Shown in pieces: positions 49,101-62,594 of a DNA stretch of 64,000 bases. The translations under genes and the position numbers were made by a program. Below the pieces are notes generated by a model. That model worked only from the letters and a program-made list of their open reading frames with translations. It was not told where the DNA came from and ran no database searches. Each line of letters opens with the position of its first letter. The stretch's first letter is position 1. Origin of the DNA: Eledone cirrhosa (lineage: Eukaryota); the NCBI GenBank assembly GCA_964016885.1, contig OZ024742.1:265236001-265300000 (forward strand), read 5' to 3'.

Positions 49101-49350
49101 CTCAGACACAGTGTTAGTACCTGGGTGGCTGTTTCTATTAGTACCAACTGCATTGGAACTAGGCGGCAGTACAGCTTGAAGACTATGTGAAACCTCCCTC
49201 GTATCCCGCCTGCTGTTAACTAGAGTGTCACCATAAAGGCCTAAGCTATCGCGAACAAAGTTACTACTACTATTTAATGGACGTTTGAATGAGATTCCCT
49301 CGCTATGTCCTGCGCGTTCCAGGGTGCTATTATAGTAATTCGAGATCTTA
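46132..49350 (-). mobile_element. Upstream 5'-truncated tandem copy of the same PLE
   Basis: Highly similar direct repeat of 41513-44730 at an offset of about 4618 bp. Confidence 0.95.
46311..46397 (-). ncRNA. Hammerhead (pLTR copy 2; 1-nt deletion in stem I)
   Basis: Same core as 41693-41780. Confidence 0.7.
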
Positions 49351-49351
49351 A

Positions 49352-49607
49352 TTTTGTGACCTCAATTTTAAGCTAATAGCAGTCGCCTCGTCTCTGACTG
49401 ACTGGTGTGTCTCCATATGAGGGAATGAATTATGTGAGGTAACATCGTTTTTTTCTCCCTCATATCAAGAAATTTGAAGACAACTCATTTTCACCTCATG
49501 AGATCACTGATAATTGATCGTGGCTTCACAATCGATCTATCTCTTATTGAAACATGTGTCGTGATTAAATGATTCGAACTTTACCTTGCCTTCGGATTTT
49601 CATTTTA
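49352..49607 (+). mobile_element. Inverted pLTR fragment with a mutated hammerhead (CTCATGA) at 49485-49572
   Basis: Reverse complement of about 41655-41891. Confidence 0.9.
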
Positions 49608-49690
49608 ATATATTTATATATATATATATATATATTTATATATTCATATATATTTATATATATATATTTATATATTTATATATATTTATA

Positions 49691-49797
<107 letters not shown>

Positions 49798-49806
49798 TTA
49801 TATATA

Positions 49807-49855
<49 letters not shown>

Positions 49856-49864
49856 TTATATATA

Positions 49865-49948
<84 letters not shown>

Positions 49949-49950
<2 letters not shown>

Positions 49951-52670
49951 TTCTGGATTTGTTTGGGAAGTTTCTTTATCTGAAAACGTGTGTTGAAACC
50001 GATATTGTTATGCTTGGGAGGGTGATGTTGCCAATAAGAAACACACGCACCAGTTGCTTTCACTTCAGTTTATTATAATAAATTTATAAATTTAGGAATT
50101 TATAAATTTCCGGTTGGTTGGTTGGTTCCACAACCAGATGATTGTTTATATTTTGTCAAAGTTCTTTCGTCACATATTCTGTGACCTCTTCAGTGGCTGG
50201 GGATTCTTTTCTTCGTTTGTGTGCCTCTCCTTTGTTCTGTCCTACGCTATCTTTTTTTCGTGTGTGTTGTGTGCTTAGTTTGCGCATGTGTTACATCTAG
50301 GTGTCTGTGTGTGTTTATATTTGTTTATTTATTTGTTTATTTACATGTTACTGGTTGGTTGTTTGTTCTATGTGCTTGTGTGTTTTTATTTTGTCCTTAA
50401 TTGTAAGCTGTGATGTTGCTGTTCCATTCGTGTTTTCTATTTAATTTTGTTTGGAATTCATTTATGTTTATTGCCTCTGTGAATTGACTAAACATTGCGT
50501 CTTTTCTGTGTTGTGTAGATTCTATTTTTATTTCTATGTTCTCTAATTTACCCTTATGTTCTATTTTAGCATGTTGGTAGAGTACAGATGATTCTTTACT
50601 ATCTTGAAGGTCTCGCCAGTGTTCATTTATCCGTTCACCTATACTACGAGCTGTCTCATCTATGTACACTACATTCTTATCTCTACATTGTCCTTCAGTA
50701 CATCTTATGCTATATACTATATTTCTAGTTTTACAGTTAATATGGGGGCTTAATTTACAGGTTATACATTTCTTATCTATAGAAGGAGGTCTTTGAAAAG
50801 GGTATGTATTGCTAATAAGTGTTTTTATGGAGGTACCTGGTCTTTCTACTATCTTAATATTGAGTTTATGTTTATCTAGGGCCCTTCTAAATGTGTAAGC
50901 TAATTTACCTCTAGGGGTTGTATCGATGAACATTACACTCTGGTATTTATTGCTATCATACCATGAGTTTATTCTATTAGCCTTATTCCTAGTTCTTTCT
51001 ATTCTATTCGAACATTTGCTCCTATACAAGGGGCAGGTCCTATTTGTGTCATTATTTACCATTTTTTTCCATTTGGTTCTGGCTCCTCTATACACTCTGA
51101 TTTTATCTCTCTGATTGTAACCAGAGAACTGCATACGGTGGATGAAGTGTTGTATGTGTCTCTCTAGTTCTTCGGGGTTGCACATGCGGGACAGGTTTCT
51201 CATCACCCGTACCAAATCCGCAATCAGTATGTTGATTTTGGTATGGTCTGAAACAGCTGAGTTTCGGTGGATCAGATATTTGGAAGTCATGGGTTTGGCA
51301 TAATGGGAATGGAGGATTTGTTTTTTGTTATTAATGGTATCTAACCAGAGCTCTGTGTCTAGTACAGGTAATCGATGGTTGGGGTGTTTACTTGGGTAGT
51401 CTATAGTAACTCTAATACTCTGGTGGATGGAGTTAGCTATTTGCTGGATGCTTTCCATTCTGTTTTTCTCTAATTCCTAACTGTTCTCTAGTGGGGGTGT
51501 CTTAACTACGATGTTTATATCATCAACGTAGCGGGAGTACATTATCAGGGTTAAGGGGTCTTCTAATTGTTCTTTAAGTTTAAGTTTAAGTCTACTGTCC
51601 CACCATACCATGAATAAGTTAGCTATGTCGCCTGCAATGCTAACACCAATAGCTGCTCCCTCCTCTTGGGCATATGTTTTTCCATTAAATTTGAACATAT
51701 GTTCCTTAAGGGTTAATTTTATGCTGGCCCCCACCGCATGTGCAATCATTTTCTTTAGTTCATAGTGTTTTTCGGGGGTCCGTATGGCTCTGGTCCACCC
51801 GTTTCATCTATCTGTGTGGGTTTTCTTGGCCATTGAGGTAATGGTAGCTGGTCTGTCTCTTGCTGGTCTTGTAGGGCACAGGTGGCTAAGGTCATATGTG
51901 TCTAGGTAATTATTACTATAGGTAAGTTTAATTAGGAGTCCCAGCTCACTGGTATCAATCCCACGGAACTGAACATTGCTCTCACTGATAATTTCTACGC
52001 ATTTCTCCACAGCACAATCCACGTCAATAGATGGATACAGGGACACAACATCCATACTACCTATTATGCAGTTTGTTAGGTCCCTAAATCGGTTACCCTC
52101 GTCCCTTCTGCTGAGGAGGTCCTCCGTGCTGTCACATACATCTGGGGACATTTCAATGATGGGGCGTATGATCAGGGAGAGGAAGTAGGACAGTCTGTAG
52201 TTACTAGCAATGTTAGCTCCACAGACTGGCCATGTTGGTGGTCCCGTGACAGGGTCACTGCCCGTGTTATGGTCTTTTCGAAGCCCATACAACGCTGGCA
52301 CGTCATTGTTCCAGGCCTGGAAGTTGTTGGCAGTCCTTTTGTTGGGCTGCATTATATTTGTCCACATCACCATATGGGCATTGAGGGCTTTTTCTCTATC
52401 CTCATGCTCTTGTGGAGTTACTTCTCTTGTGTTAGTGATGTGGGGTTGCATTGCCTGGATGTAGTTTGGCAGACTGTCAACCGACATTCTGCCAGACTTG
52501 TCTGTTGGAAAGCATGCTATCTCTCCATTACGTGAGCGCTGCATGAGCTTACGCAAGCCATTTGCAGATGTTTCTCCCAGTTGCTGGGCCTCTATTCTAT
52601 TATGCTTCTTGCTATACTGTTCTATAATATTTCTAAGTTTAGATCTAGCTATACTTAATTGTGCTTTAAC
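49949..52670 (-). mobile_element. PLE family 2, nearly complete RT + GIY-YIG in one frame with two stops; pLTR carries a degenerate hammerhead at 50154-50198
   Basis: DKSG, YGLRKDH, GSMDVVSLYPSI, QEEGAAIG, RYVDDI, LPVLD, CKTRNIVY, YIDETARSIGER. ORFs 51804-52718, 51477-51749 and 50397-51458 are all in frame. Confidence 0.93.
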
Positions 52671-52850
52671 AAACGCACGCAATTGCCGTCGCAGGTCGAT
52701 GAACAAACAGAAGCACAATTTAGTATAGACGACGACAAAGAAAAGGAACTGGGGTCGAAGGACTAGGGAGGGATGGGGGAAGGAGGAAATATAGAGGAAG
52801 CGATAAAGGAATGTAAAAGAAGATCTTACGTCTCCATTGGCAAGCAGGGG

Positions 52851-53765
52851 TTACCCATTACAAAATAGGCAAGTGGGGTATGATAGCCCTAGTCTACCCC
52901 CCCCCCGGTCATTATGGGGTTTGAGGGCGAGGTAAGTCCTACGTAATCTGTGTTTACATGCAGTAACCAGTTCATCTTTCTTGTTTAGGAGTTGGTCCGT
53001 CGAAAACAGCATTTGTAAAGTTTCCTCCGAGCATAAATTGCACGGACGGCGTCCTCCCGTGTAAGAGTTGGCTCTGGACAGTAATTTCCAAGTGAGATCA
53101 TAGGTGATGTTGTTGTCCTTGAGGTCCCATATGTAGCCCGAAAGTGTAGTGGCGTGACGCCGGGCCGGGTTTCGGAAGGTATATCTGTGTTGGTATAGCC
53201 GGGTCTTGAAGTCGCATGCGGTTAATCCTATATAAGCTTTGTTGGAGGTGTCCGTGCTCCCGTTGCACTGGTAGATCACATTACGCACTCTGCATCTGTT
53301 GTCGAGGGGGCAACTGGATCTATCAGGACAGTTGCACCTCCTGGTCGGCTCTCCACTGCTATTTAGGTTGTTTCTTCCATCGGGGTTGAGTTTTTTGTTG
53401 TTGGAGGAGACGATGTTTTGTGCAAAGTTAGGTGTAGTGCTGTAAGAGAGTTTGATGGTATTTTTGTTGATTATGTTGTGGTAGCGGTGTTGTGGTGGGA
53501 AGTGTTTTTCAATGAGCCTAAAGAAAATTTTCCCGATGGGAGTTGTCACCTCGGCGTTGTGGGGAGGATTGAACCATGATACATTGCGTGAGCGGCGGTG
53601 TCGCCTGCTGGTTCCGCTAATGGGAGCTGGACAGTAGGATATTTCCTCTCGGAACCCACTCCGCTTGAGGGCCTGGTTGTAGTAAGGCGCATGTTCATCG
53701 AATATCTTCTCATTAGCTGACAAACGGGATATACGGAGGGAGATGTTTTTGACCAGGTTGTTGGT
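52851..53765 (-). mobile_element. Hydra-like PLE 3' fragment (RT thumb, linker and GIY-YIG; open)
   Basis: YNQALKRSGF, WFNPPH, CNCPDRSSCPLDNRC, YIGLTACDFKTR, CNLCSEE. Confidence 0.92.
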
Positions 53766-54002
53766 GATGTTCTCTCTCAGTACCTTTTATAGTTTTACCC
53801 TTCATTGTTCTACTTACCGTTTCGACTTCCTCCCCCTCCCCCTCCCCAGTACCCTCTTTGACCTCACGCTCAGCTGTAGCTGGCACTACCAACGCATGAA
53901 TGGGTCTACTCCACCCCCTCTCCCTTTTTCTCCTACCGGCAGGTTTAGCTACCCCTTCTCCCACCAATTTGCCATCACAGATTTACTACTAACTTGTGAT
54001 GT

Positions 54003-54138
54003 GACCAATCCTGGTGATTATCTCTTTGACCATATATGGAATTATCCCTTGATAATCTCGGCTATTTAAATACCAGAATAAATTTTCATTCAGTACAGAA
54101 TTAGCCGTCGAAACGGCTTGAGCTCAGCCGTCGGGGTC
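54003..54138 (+). ncRNA. Hammerhead-like motif with variant core and large stem II, in a probable inverted pLTR (53770-54230)
   Basis: gaccaatc CTGGTGA ...~90 nt... GAAACGGCT tgagctc AGCCGTC ggggtc. Confidence 0.55.
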
Positions 54139-54228
54139 TTACTTGTTCCTATTACCCACTCTACTACCCTAAGTATTGAGTACTTTGGTGCGTTATGGTC
54201 CACCTGGTTCCTTACCACATTTCCTTCG

Positions 54229-54295
<67 letters not shown>

Positions 54296-54411
54296 TATAT
54301 CTATATTTATATATATATATTTATATATATATATTTATACGGTATATATATATATATATATTTATACGCTATATATATATATGTATACGGTATATATACA
54401 TATTTATACGG

Positions 54412-54668
<257 letters not shown>

Positions 54669-54825
54669 GATATAATGCTCTGAAATAGCGATATATATGT
54701 GAAGACAAACATAGAATATTCGAAAATATTCTGTATGTTTATAATAAACATTTCGAAGACCCAATCGCTATAGAATAGAATACGTCACGTATTACAATTT
54801 GAGATTCTCGATAAAAGCAAGGAAA

Positions 54826-54868
54826 GTAACCTACGCGTTTCATTCTTATTAGAAATCATCAGGATTAC
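54826..54868 (-). ncRNA. Minimal type I hammerhead (left arm)
   Basis: Minus strand: gtaatc CTGATGA t-ttct-aata-agaa-t GAAAC gc GTA ggttac. Confidence 0.85.
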
Positions 54869-54996
54869 ATATCCAGTGCTTTTATCGAGAATGACACAGC
54901 TAGAGACTTATAGAATACTTTCAAACCAGTTCCTGTACACAGCTAAGTATTCTATAAGTCTCTAGCTGTGTCATTCTCGATAAAAGCACTGGATAT

Positions 54997-55039
54997 GTAA
55001 TCCTGATGATTTCTAATAAGAATGAAACGCGTAGGTTAC
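54997..55039 (+). ncRNA. Minimal type I hammerhead (right arm)
   Basis: gtaatc CTGATGA tttctaataagaat GAAAC gc GTA ggttac, with a 16-bp distal stem I extension (54973-54988 / 55046-55061). Confidence 0.88.
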
Positions 55040-55163
55040 TTCCCTTGCTTTTATCGAGAATCTCAAATTGTAATACGTGACGTATTCTATTCTATAGCGA
55101 TTGGGTCTTCGAAATGTTTATTATAAACATACAGAATATTTTCGAATATTCTATGTTTGTCTT

Positions 55164-55198
<35 letters not shown>

Positions 55199-55280
55199 GT
55201 TATTCCGGGTTGAATCGGAGGTAACCACAGTAAGTAAGGTACTCAATACATGGCAGAGTATAACAGTTTTAATATAGAAG

Positions 55281-55331
55281 AGATTCTACAGGACTATAAC
55301 TGTTTCATTCATTAGAAATCATCAGGAATCT
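55281..55331 (-). ncRNA. Type I hammerhead, probably the pLTR of the 57448-58195 PLE
   Basis: Minus strand: agattc CTGATGA tttctaatgaat GAAACAG ttatagtc CTGTA gaatct. Confidence 0.85.
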
Positions 55332-56004
55332 GGGTATCAAAAAATAAATATGGTATTTATAGGTCTCTACAAGTGGTAGGAGAGGGTGGGGAGTGGGATG
55401 GGTGCAGGTCATTGGTTGATAGAAAAGGGAATTCATTAAAAGCTAATTCTACAAGGCTATAGTTTATTTTTATTTTTATTTATATTTATTTATGTTTTTA
55501 GAGTAACAAAGGCAGACAGAATTCTATAAACAGGTTCCGGATGGCATACCATTCCTTGTCAATAAGTTTCTCTTAAGCTAACAGATGTCTATAAAGTCAG
55601 TGGGGGGTCAGTTATGGTCGATAGAATTAAAGAAAAGGGAGATTCTTTAAAAGCTAAAGTCATTAAGGTTCTACTAAGTGACAAAGGTCTAGAGAATTCT
55701 GCAGACAGATTCAAAATACTGAGTGCATATCTTACTATTATCTTCGAACTTCTCTTAAACTAATCAACTATATGCCAAAAATCAACAGACACATTCACAA
55801 AAAAACAAAAAAACAAAAAAACAAAAAAACACATACTCACTCACACACTTATGCGCAACCATAAACACACACACAAACACATATACACACATAAAAACAC
55901 ACACACATATATAAAAAATATATAAATATAAATATATATTCATGTACACACACATACATACACACATACATACATACATACATACATATACAATACATAT
56001 ACAC

Positions 56005-56065
<61 letters not shown>

Positions 56066-56092
56066 CATACACATATACACATATACACAGAT

Positions 56093-56149
<57 letters not shown>

Positions 56150-56258
56150 GATACACACACACATACACATACATACACACAGACATACATATATACACAA
56201 GTAAATACACTCACACGCATACATACAAACACGAGTATACATATGTATAAATATTTAT

Positions 56259-56299
<41 letters not shown>

Positions 56300-56306
56300 A
56301 ACACAC

Positions 56307-56338
<32 letters not shown>

Positions 56339-56438
56339 ATAAACATATATATAAAAACACATATATATATATATATATATACACATATATACATATATAT
56401 ATATATATACAGACACATATATATATATATATATACAC

Positions 56439-56471
<33 letters not shown>

Positions 56472-56590
56472 CACACACATACACATATATATATATATAT
56501 ACACATATATATATATATCCATACATATACAAACATACACATACATACACAGACCTATACATAAATATACAAATATATATACAGACATAT

Positions 56591-56639
<49 letters not shown>

Positions 56640-56673
56640 GCGCACACACATACATACATACACACACACACAT

Positions 56674-56728
<55 letters not shown>

Positions 56729-56773
56729 CACACACACATACACACATACATACACATACACATACATACACAC

Positions 56774-56848
<75 letters not shown>

Positions 56849-56965
56849 TACATATACACATATATATACACATATACACGCACATACATACACACATACA
56901 CATACATATACATAAACATACATACATACATACATACATACATACAAACACATATATACACATAT

Positions 56966-57066
<101 letters not shown>

Positions 57067-57150
57067 CATACATATACACAAACATATACATACATATACA
57101 TACATAAATATACACACATAAAACACATATACACACAAACATATATATAT

Positions 57151-57229
<79 letters not shown>

Positions 57230-57447
57230 TACACATATACACATATACAAACAAATATATACACATACAAGTAAATAGGTACTCAATAAATATACGCATA
57301 TACGCAGGCACATAAAGACACCTCTACAGGCAGAAAATGTAGATACGAAAGAGGTACTCACATAACCATAGTGGCCGTGTTTCAGGTTGAGGAGGGGTGG
57401 GGGTAGGGTGGGGAGGAGGTATAGGGGCCAATAGGGGGAGGTCGTTT

Positions 57448-58191
57448 TTAGCCATCGGGCTTTAACACTGGCTTAAAGTGTTTGAATGTTGCAAAGTTCT
57501 TGTGCATGCAGTTCGGGCAGTGTTCAGAGAGTTTGTTCAGTAGCGGGCCCTTGGCGAATAAAATTTCGTAGCTCTCTGAAATACAAAGGTCGCAGCCCTT
57601 GTGTCCTCCGTTGTAAGAGCGCGCTTTCTGGAGTATTTTCCAATTAAGCGTGAAGGGGGTGGAGTTCCTTTTGAGGTCCCAAACGTAGGAGGCTAGTGTT
57701 GTTTGATTTGATTTATCCGGTCTTCTGAAGGAGTGGGTATGGGCATACCAACGGGTCTTAAAGTTGTTGGAGGTCATGCCGATGTAAGTTTTTTTGCAAT
57801 CCTCGGTGCCTGAGATGACATCGCATTTGTATACGATGTCATTTGTGAGGCATTTGTTTTCTAGTGGGCATGTTTCCTTATAAAGGCAATTACATAGAGC
57901 CCCAGTCCGGGGATTGGTTTCGGAGGTGGTTGGCTTATTTAGTTTAGAGTTGTGGTTGGCTATATTCCTAGCTAGGTTAGGTGTGGTGGAGTAAGACAGT
58001 CTTATAGTGTTCTTATTAAAGATGGTGAAGTACCTATGTTGTATGGGGAAGTGTAATTTCAGTAAAGTGAAGAAAATCCTAGCTATCGGAGTAGATACCT
58101 CTCTATTGAAGGGAGGGTTGTACCAGCTAATCTGCCTATGTCTATTCCTCCTCTGCAATTTTGCGGTGGTTTCTAGGTAAGTTATCTTATC

Positions 58192-58195
<4 letters not shown>
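57448..58195 (-). mobile_element. Hydra-like PLE 3' fragment (open GIY-YIG domain); microsatellite-rich 3' region probably extends to about 55197
   Basis: ISWYNPPF, CNCLYKETCPLENKCL, IVYKC, YIGMTSNNFKTR, CDLCISE; 5' end abuts (TA)n. Confidence 0.92.
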
Positions 58196-58252
<57 letters not shown>

Positions 58253-58501
58253 TATATAATAAGCAAAATGTCGGGCGAAACTACATGGGACGTGGGTGCA
58301 CATGAAGTGTGAACACTCTAGTAGAATCTTACATTCTGAAAAATGTTGGTGGAAAATGTTTGAATCAGCTGAGACTATCTTCACAATTTTTAGACAAAAA
58401 ATTCTTTTCAAAATATCCAGAGCTACTGAGAAGCAAATAAGGGAGAGTATTTCTATATTCAAAGCTAGTCTAAATGTTTGGAAAGAATTTTTAGGCAATG
58501 C

Positions 58502-58576
58502 TTTTGGCATGGGCCGTGTTCGCTGCTTTTACCATTTTGGCATGGGCCGTGTTCGTTGCTTTCACCATTTTGGCAT
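58502..58576. repeat. 33-bp tandem repeat, about 2.3 units
   Basis: ttttggcat recurs at 58502, 58535 and 58568. Confidence 0.85.
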
Positions 58577-58904
58577 AAAGACAAGGCCACTTTAACTACA
58601 TTATCTTGAATATTCCTATAATCTGGACTTGCTCAAACTACAACAGGTCCGATCTTTGCAGATTTCATAGTATCTGAATGGACTCAAAGGGATATTCTAT
58701 TTGGAAACTGAGAAGATAGCCTGAGCTGATTTAAATTGTTTCCACTCATACTTTGAATGAAAAATTCTATTTACATCTCCCCTCACATATATACATGTGT
58801 GTGTCTGTGTGTGCGTGTGTGCATGTGTTTGTATGAATCCATGCATACATATGTAATATATGTACATAAATGTATGTTTATATGTGCCGGTGTTTGTTTA
58901 TGTA

Positions 58905-58941
<37 letters not shown>

Positions 58942-59235
58942 AGAGGACATAGATGTTGGCATATAAATATCAACTGAAAAATTACAAATATGTCTACATT
59001 CATACATCCATATACAAATCAGTAGCTCACATACACACGTTCATATAAATACATTCATACACACACGCACAACTGTCTCACCACGAAACAGAAACACATA
59101 TATACCTAAGTGAGCACACTGACAAACACGCAGATATCCACACACAAATACATACTCAAATGTTTAGCTTCAATTTTCGGTGTTTTTTAAGAGTTGTGTG
59201 TCCTTGAATTGTAAAACAATTTCTTCTGAAATATT

Positions 59236-59415
59236 TGTTTCTAATTTTGGCACAAGGCCAGCAATTATCCTAGCGTATTACTGGTACTTTATTTTATCGA
59301 CCCCATAAGGATGAAAGGCAAAGTTAACCTCGGCGGGATTTGAACTGAGATCATAAGGGGCTGTAACTCTTTAGTGCAAAGCATGGCGTCCGACCCTCAA
59401 CCGATACTGCCAATT
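59236..59415 (-). mobile_element. tRNA-head SINE
   Basis: Same family as 15469-15653. Confidence 0.88.
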
Positions 59416-61444
59416 GACATCTATTCAGATATGAGTGTGTGTAATTGTAAAGGAATCTAAGCATGGAACGCACATGCAGACAGGTATTTCTGAATGAACA
59501 TACTTACCTACATACATGCATACATTGAAACATCCCCACAATTTCAGATTTCAAATCTCTTAGCGCTTCCGTAATTTCTAAATGTTGTTTACATGCGGCT
59601 CTGGTCACTAGCTATTCAGTATGGCCATCCTGTAGTGGCTGATGGCCATTTTTTAAAGTTGTTATGGGGTATTTTACCCAGTTTTCAAGGCAGCCATCGA
59701 CAGTTGTTACAGATATTTTTTCTGTGTCATGGATTCCAACATTTTTTCTTGTATGTATGTAAGTAAATCAAATCTATATTCCTAACCGTAATTTAAGTTG
59801 ACTTAAGTACTAGCTTAGTTATAGTAAATAAACTTGAACCAAAAATTCCATTAGATATTACTTTAATAGCACCGGATAGTAGGCTAAATCTTTTCTTTAT
59901 GCTAAACACATTTATTCTACTATTGATTTCATCGACTCAGCCGTTGCTACAACATTTTCTTTAAAAAATATCTGTGCAAAGTTTCCGTTTTAAAATACGG
60001 ATTATTAAGAAAGCCCAGGATTAGCTTATTTAAATAATATCTAATATCCTCAATTTAGTCAACCTTGTAAAAATAACATCTATCATTGTTTTATCAAGTG
60101 CGTGTCAGTGTTGACGAACCGGCTCGTTGTTCTTTATTTTTTCAGATAGCTAACAAATATGTTGTCACTTTGTTAATAAATATATTTCTCATTCGCTGAA
60201 CTTGGACTATGCTTTGATTTGGGTGATTTTCTGACAGGACTGACGCCAATTCGATAAACCTGTTGTCTGAAGGTCGAAATAACCATGCCTGGGGGCAGAC
60301 ACATGCACACACACACCCTAATATATTTTCTCGATAAATATAATTCCACCACGCATACTAGCACACATACACTATCTAAGCCAGATATCTACACACACAA
60401 TCACTCCCTAAACATAAAAAAAGCATTTATCTGAAGAGAATTTACAATTGGATAAACAGTGTATGCACTTATTTGGACGAACCATATCTCCTGACGATAC
60501 AGGCTGTTAACCACCAAGGCCTTCAACAATCAATCTGGAACAAGCTGTTGAAACGACAAGAGTTCAGTCCTCGGTGTCCATCTCTTTATAATATATATAT
60601 ATATATATATATAATATTGATAATAATAACAGTATTGTTATTATTGGGTATAAACTTTACCAGAGCGTTTAAAGCTCGATGCATTGGGTACACGCAGAGC
60701 TTATATATAAAGATTAAAAAGAGCAAAAGACTCAATACACTTTTAAACTAACACATTTTTCAGCCAATAATAAATAAATAAAGAAGCATGATTTAGCCTA
60801 TTAAGCATGCAATATAACTAATTTTGACATATATTGAATTCTAACTACAAATACTCATCCAAACCATCACTAATAACCTTTTAAATATGTCCTTGATTTT
60901 TGTAAAGAACTTTTCTCACAGTTCATTTCTGAGAAACTAAGTCTGAGCATGTATACGCACCATTAAGTATCTCACAAAAAAATAACACATTGCACTAATG
61001 CTTACACAATAAACCTACTACATCTAAACGGACTATAATGGCGCCATCTTACTTTTTATATTGTTAAAGCACATCGAAAAAACTTCTAGTGAAACATACA
61101 TGTCTCCCAAGAGGTATACCTCTATTAGTTGAGGACTTCCTTTGATTCCATATTTGAAATTCTTTCTGTATATATATTGTTGCTGCCATCTCTTATAATT
61201 GATATATATGTGGAAATAAACTCTGATGATGCTGATTTTGAGCCCATTCCCGATAGTCGCAGTATAAAACCATAAGGATATTCGGATAATAATTATTTGG
61301 AATTTTTTTATTTTTTTATTTATCTTTTAGAGAATATTTAAAATTTCTGATTTCGTAACTTCACATCCTCAAGATGAAACTCTATCGGCTGAAACATGTG
61401 TGAGTTTAAAAGCGTATTGACACTTTGGTGCTTTCTAATCTTTA

Positions 61445-61551
<107 letters not shown>

Positions 61552-61953
61552 ATGTGTGTGTGTGTGTGTGTGTGTATTACATGCGGCTCTATATGGGAGT
61601 TTCAGTTAATTTGCTGCATCGATGTTTGCGTGCAAATATGTTATCATGCAACTGTATGTATGTAGGACAGCGGATATGTTACGTCACAAGTAATTGACTA
61701 GTGGCCTTGTGTTCTTTGGTAAGTTGATATTAGGGTATTAACAGTTGTTTACTGCAAATCATTTAACCGTTTTAAGTTCGTTAATCCCGTTATAAATAAC
61801 TTTTTTTATATTAAAATTTCATGTTATTAACATGTGGTACGTGTGTGTTTTAATCGTGTTAGATATTTGTAAGAATAGGTTGAGGTCACCGCAGTTTTCC
61901 TGAAAAAGAATTATAGATAGCGCTCGAATAACGAGCTTAACTCGTAAACCTAT

Positions 61954-62024
61954 AGTTGCTTGCAGCTTCTTCTACTTGCATCTGTCTCTTTCGAAGATGC
62001 AAGTAGCAGAAGCTGCAAGTAACT
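61954..62024. other. 71-nt near-perfect hairpin (30-bp stem, 11-nt loop)
   Basis: agttgcttgcagcttcttctacttgcatct / agatgcaagtagcagaagctgcaagtaact; 28/30 Watson-Crick pairs plus one G-U. Confidence 0.85.
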
Positions 62025-62195
62025 GGCGAGTAACATGTAGAAATATCTGATGAAGGTAATTACTACATAGAGGTCCGACGAGCTCTTGATTCCAGAGTCA
62101 GGATTGATCGATACAGAACAAACCTTGAGCTGATCAATAGCGAAACGTGCGTCAGCAACCAATAAATGTAATGAAGGCTTAACAAATCATCCTTG

Positions 62196-62245
<50 letters not shown>

Positions 62246-62594
62246 AGTTAGGAACTCAAAATAGTTTCTTACGACAAAATAGCCATAAGAAAGAGATATT
62301 TCTGAGCCGTATATTATAATAGAATATAAAAAAAAACGAACACAGATATATAGATATATTTGTTCAAATCGTAAGGGACCTGATTCGCTAAGGTGAAAAG
62401 AATACTAACTATAGACAATTGGGTTCGCTTGTCTTAATTTAAGAAAAAATTAAGAAAATAAATACAAACCGGAATTGTGGTAACTACCAATCACCCAGAG
62501 AACTTGTTGTTGTTTCGCAAAGTTAATTGTGAATAGGAATACTAATCCAAGCTCATTTATATTCTATTATAATATACGGCTCAGAAATATCTCT

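Larger units (their letters stand above)
54691..55174. repeat. Inverted dimer with 230-bp arms (one mismatch) and 24-nt loop; each arm carries a hammerhead
   Basis: Arms 54691-54920 and 54945-55174 are reverse complements. Confidence 0.95.

Noticed and set aside
51804-51806. In-frame TGA in the family-2 PLE as selenocysteine
   Set aside because: Context suggests TGG (Trp) decay, and the same frame also has a TAG.
60140-60300. Possible minus-strand terminal exon after ...ctgcccccag
   Set aside because: No recognisable protein and no clean upstream donor or exon.
60484-60580. CTGACGA...GAAACgac..gtc motif
   Set aside because: Stems I and III need several mismatches.
61357-61406. aagatga...GAAACATGTGTG near (TA)n
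   Set aside because: Core and cleavage triplet are mutated; possibly a pLTR relic but not supportable as a ribozyme.
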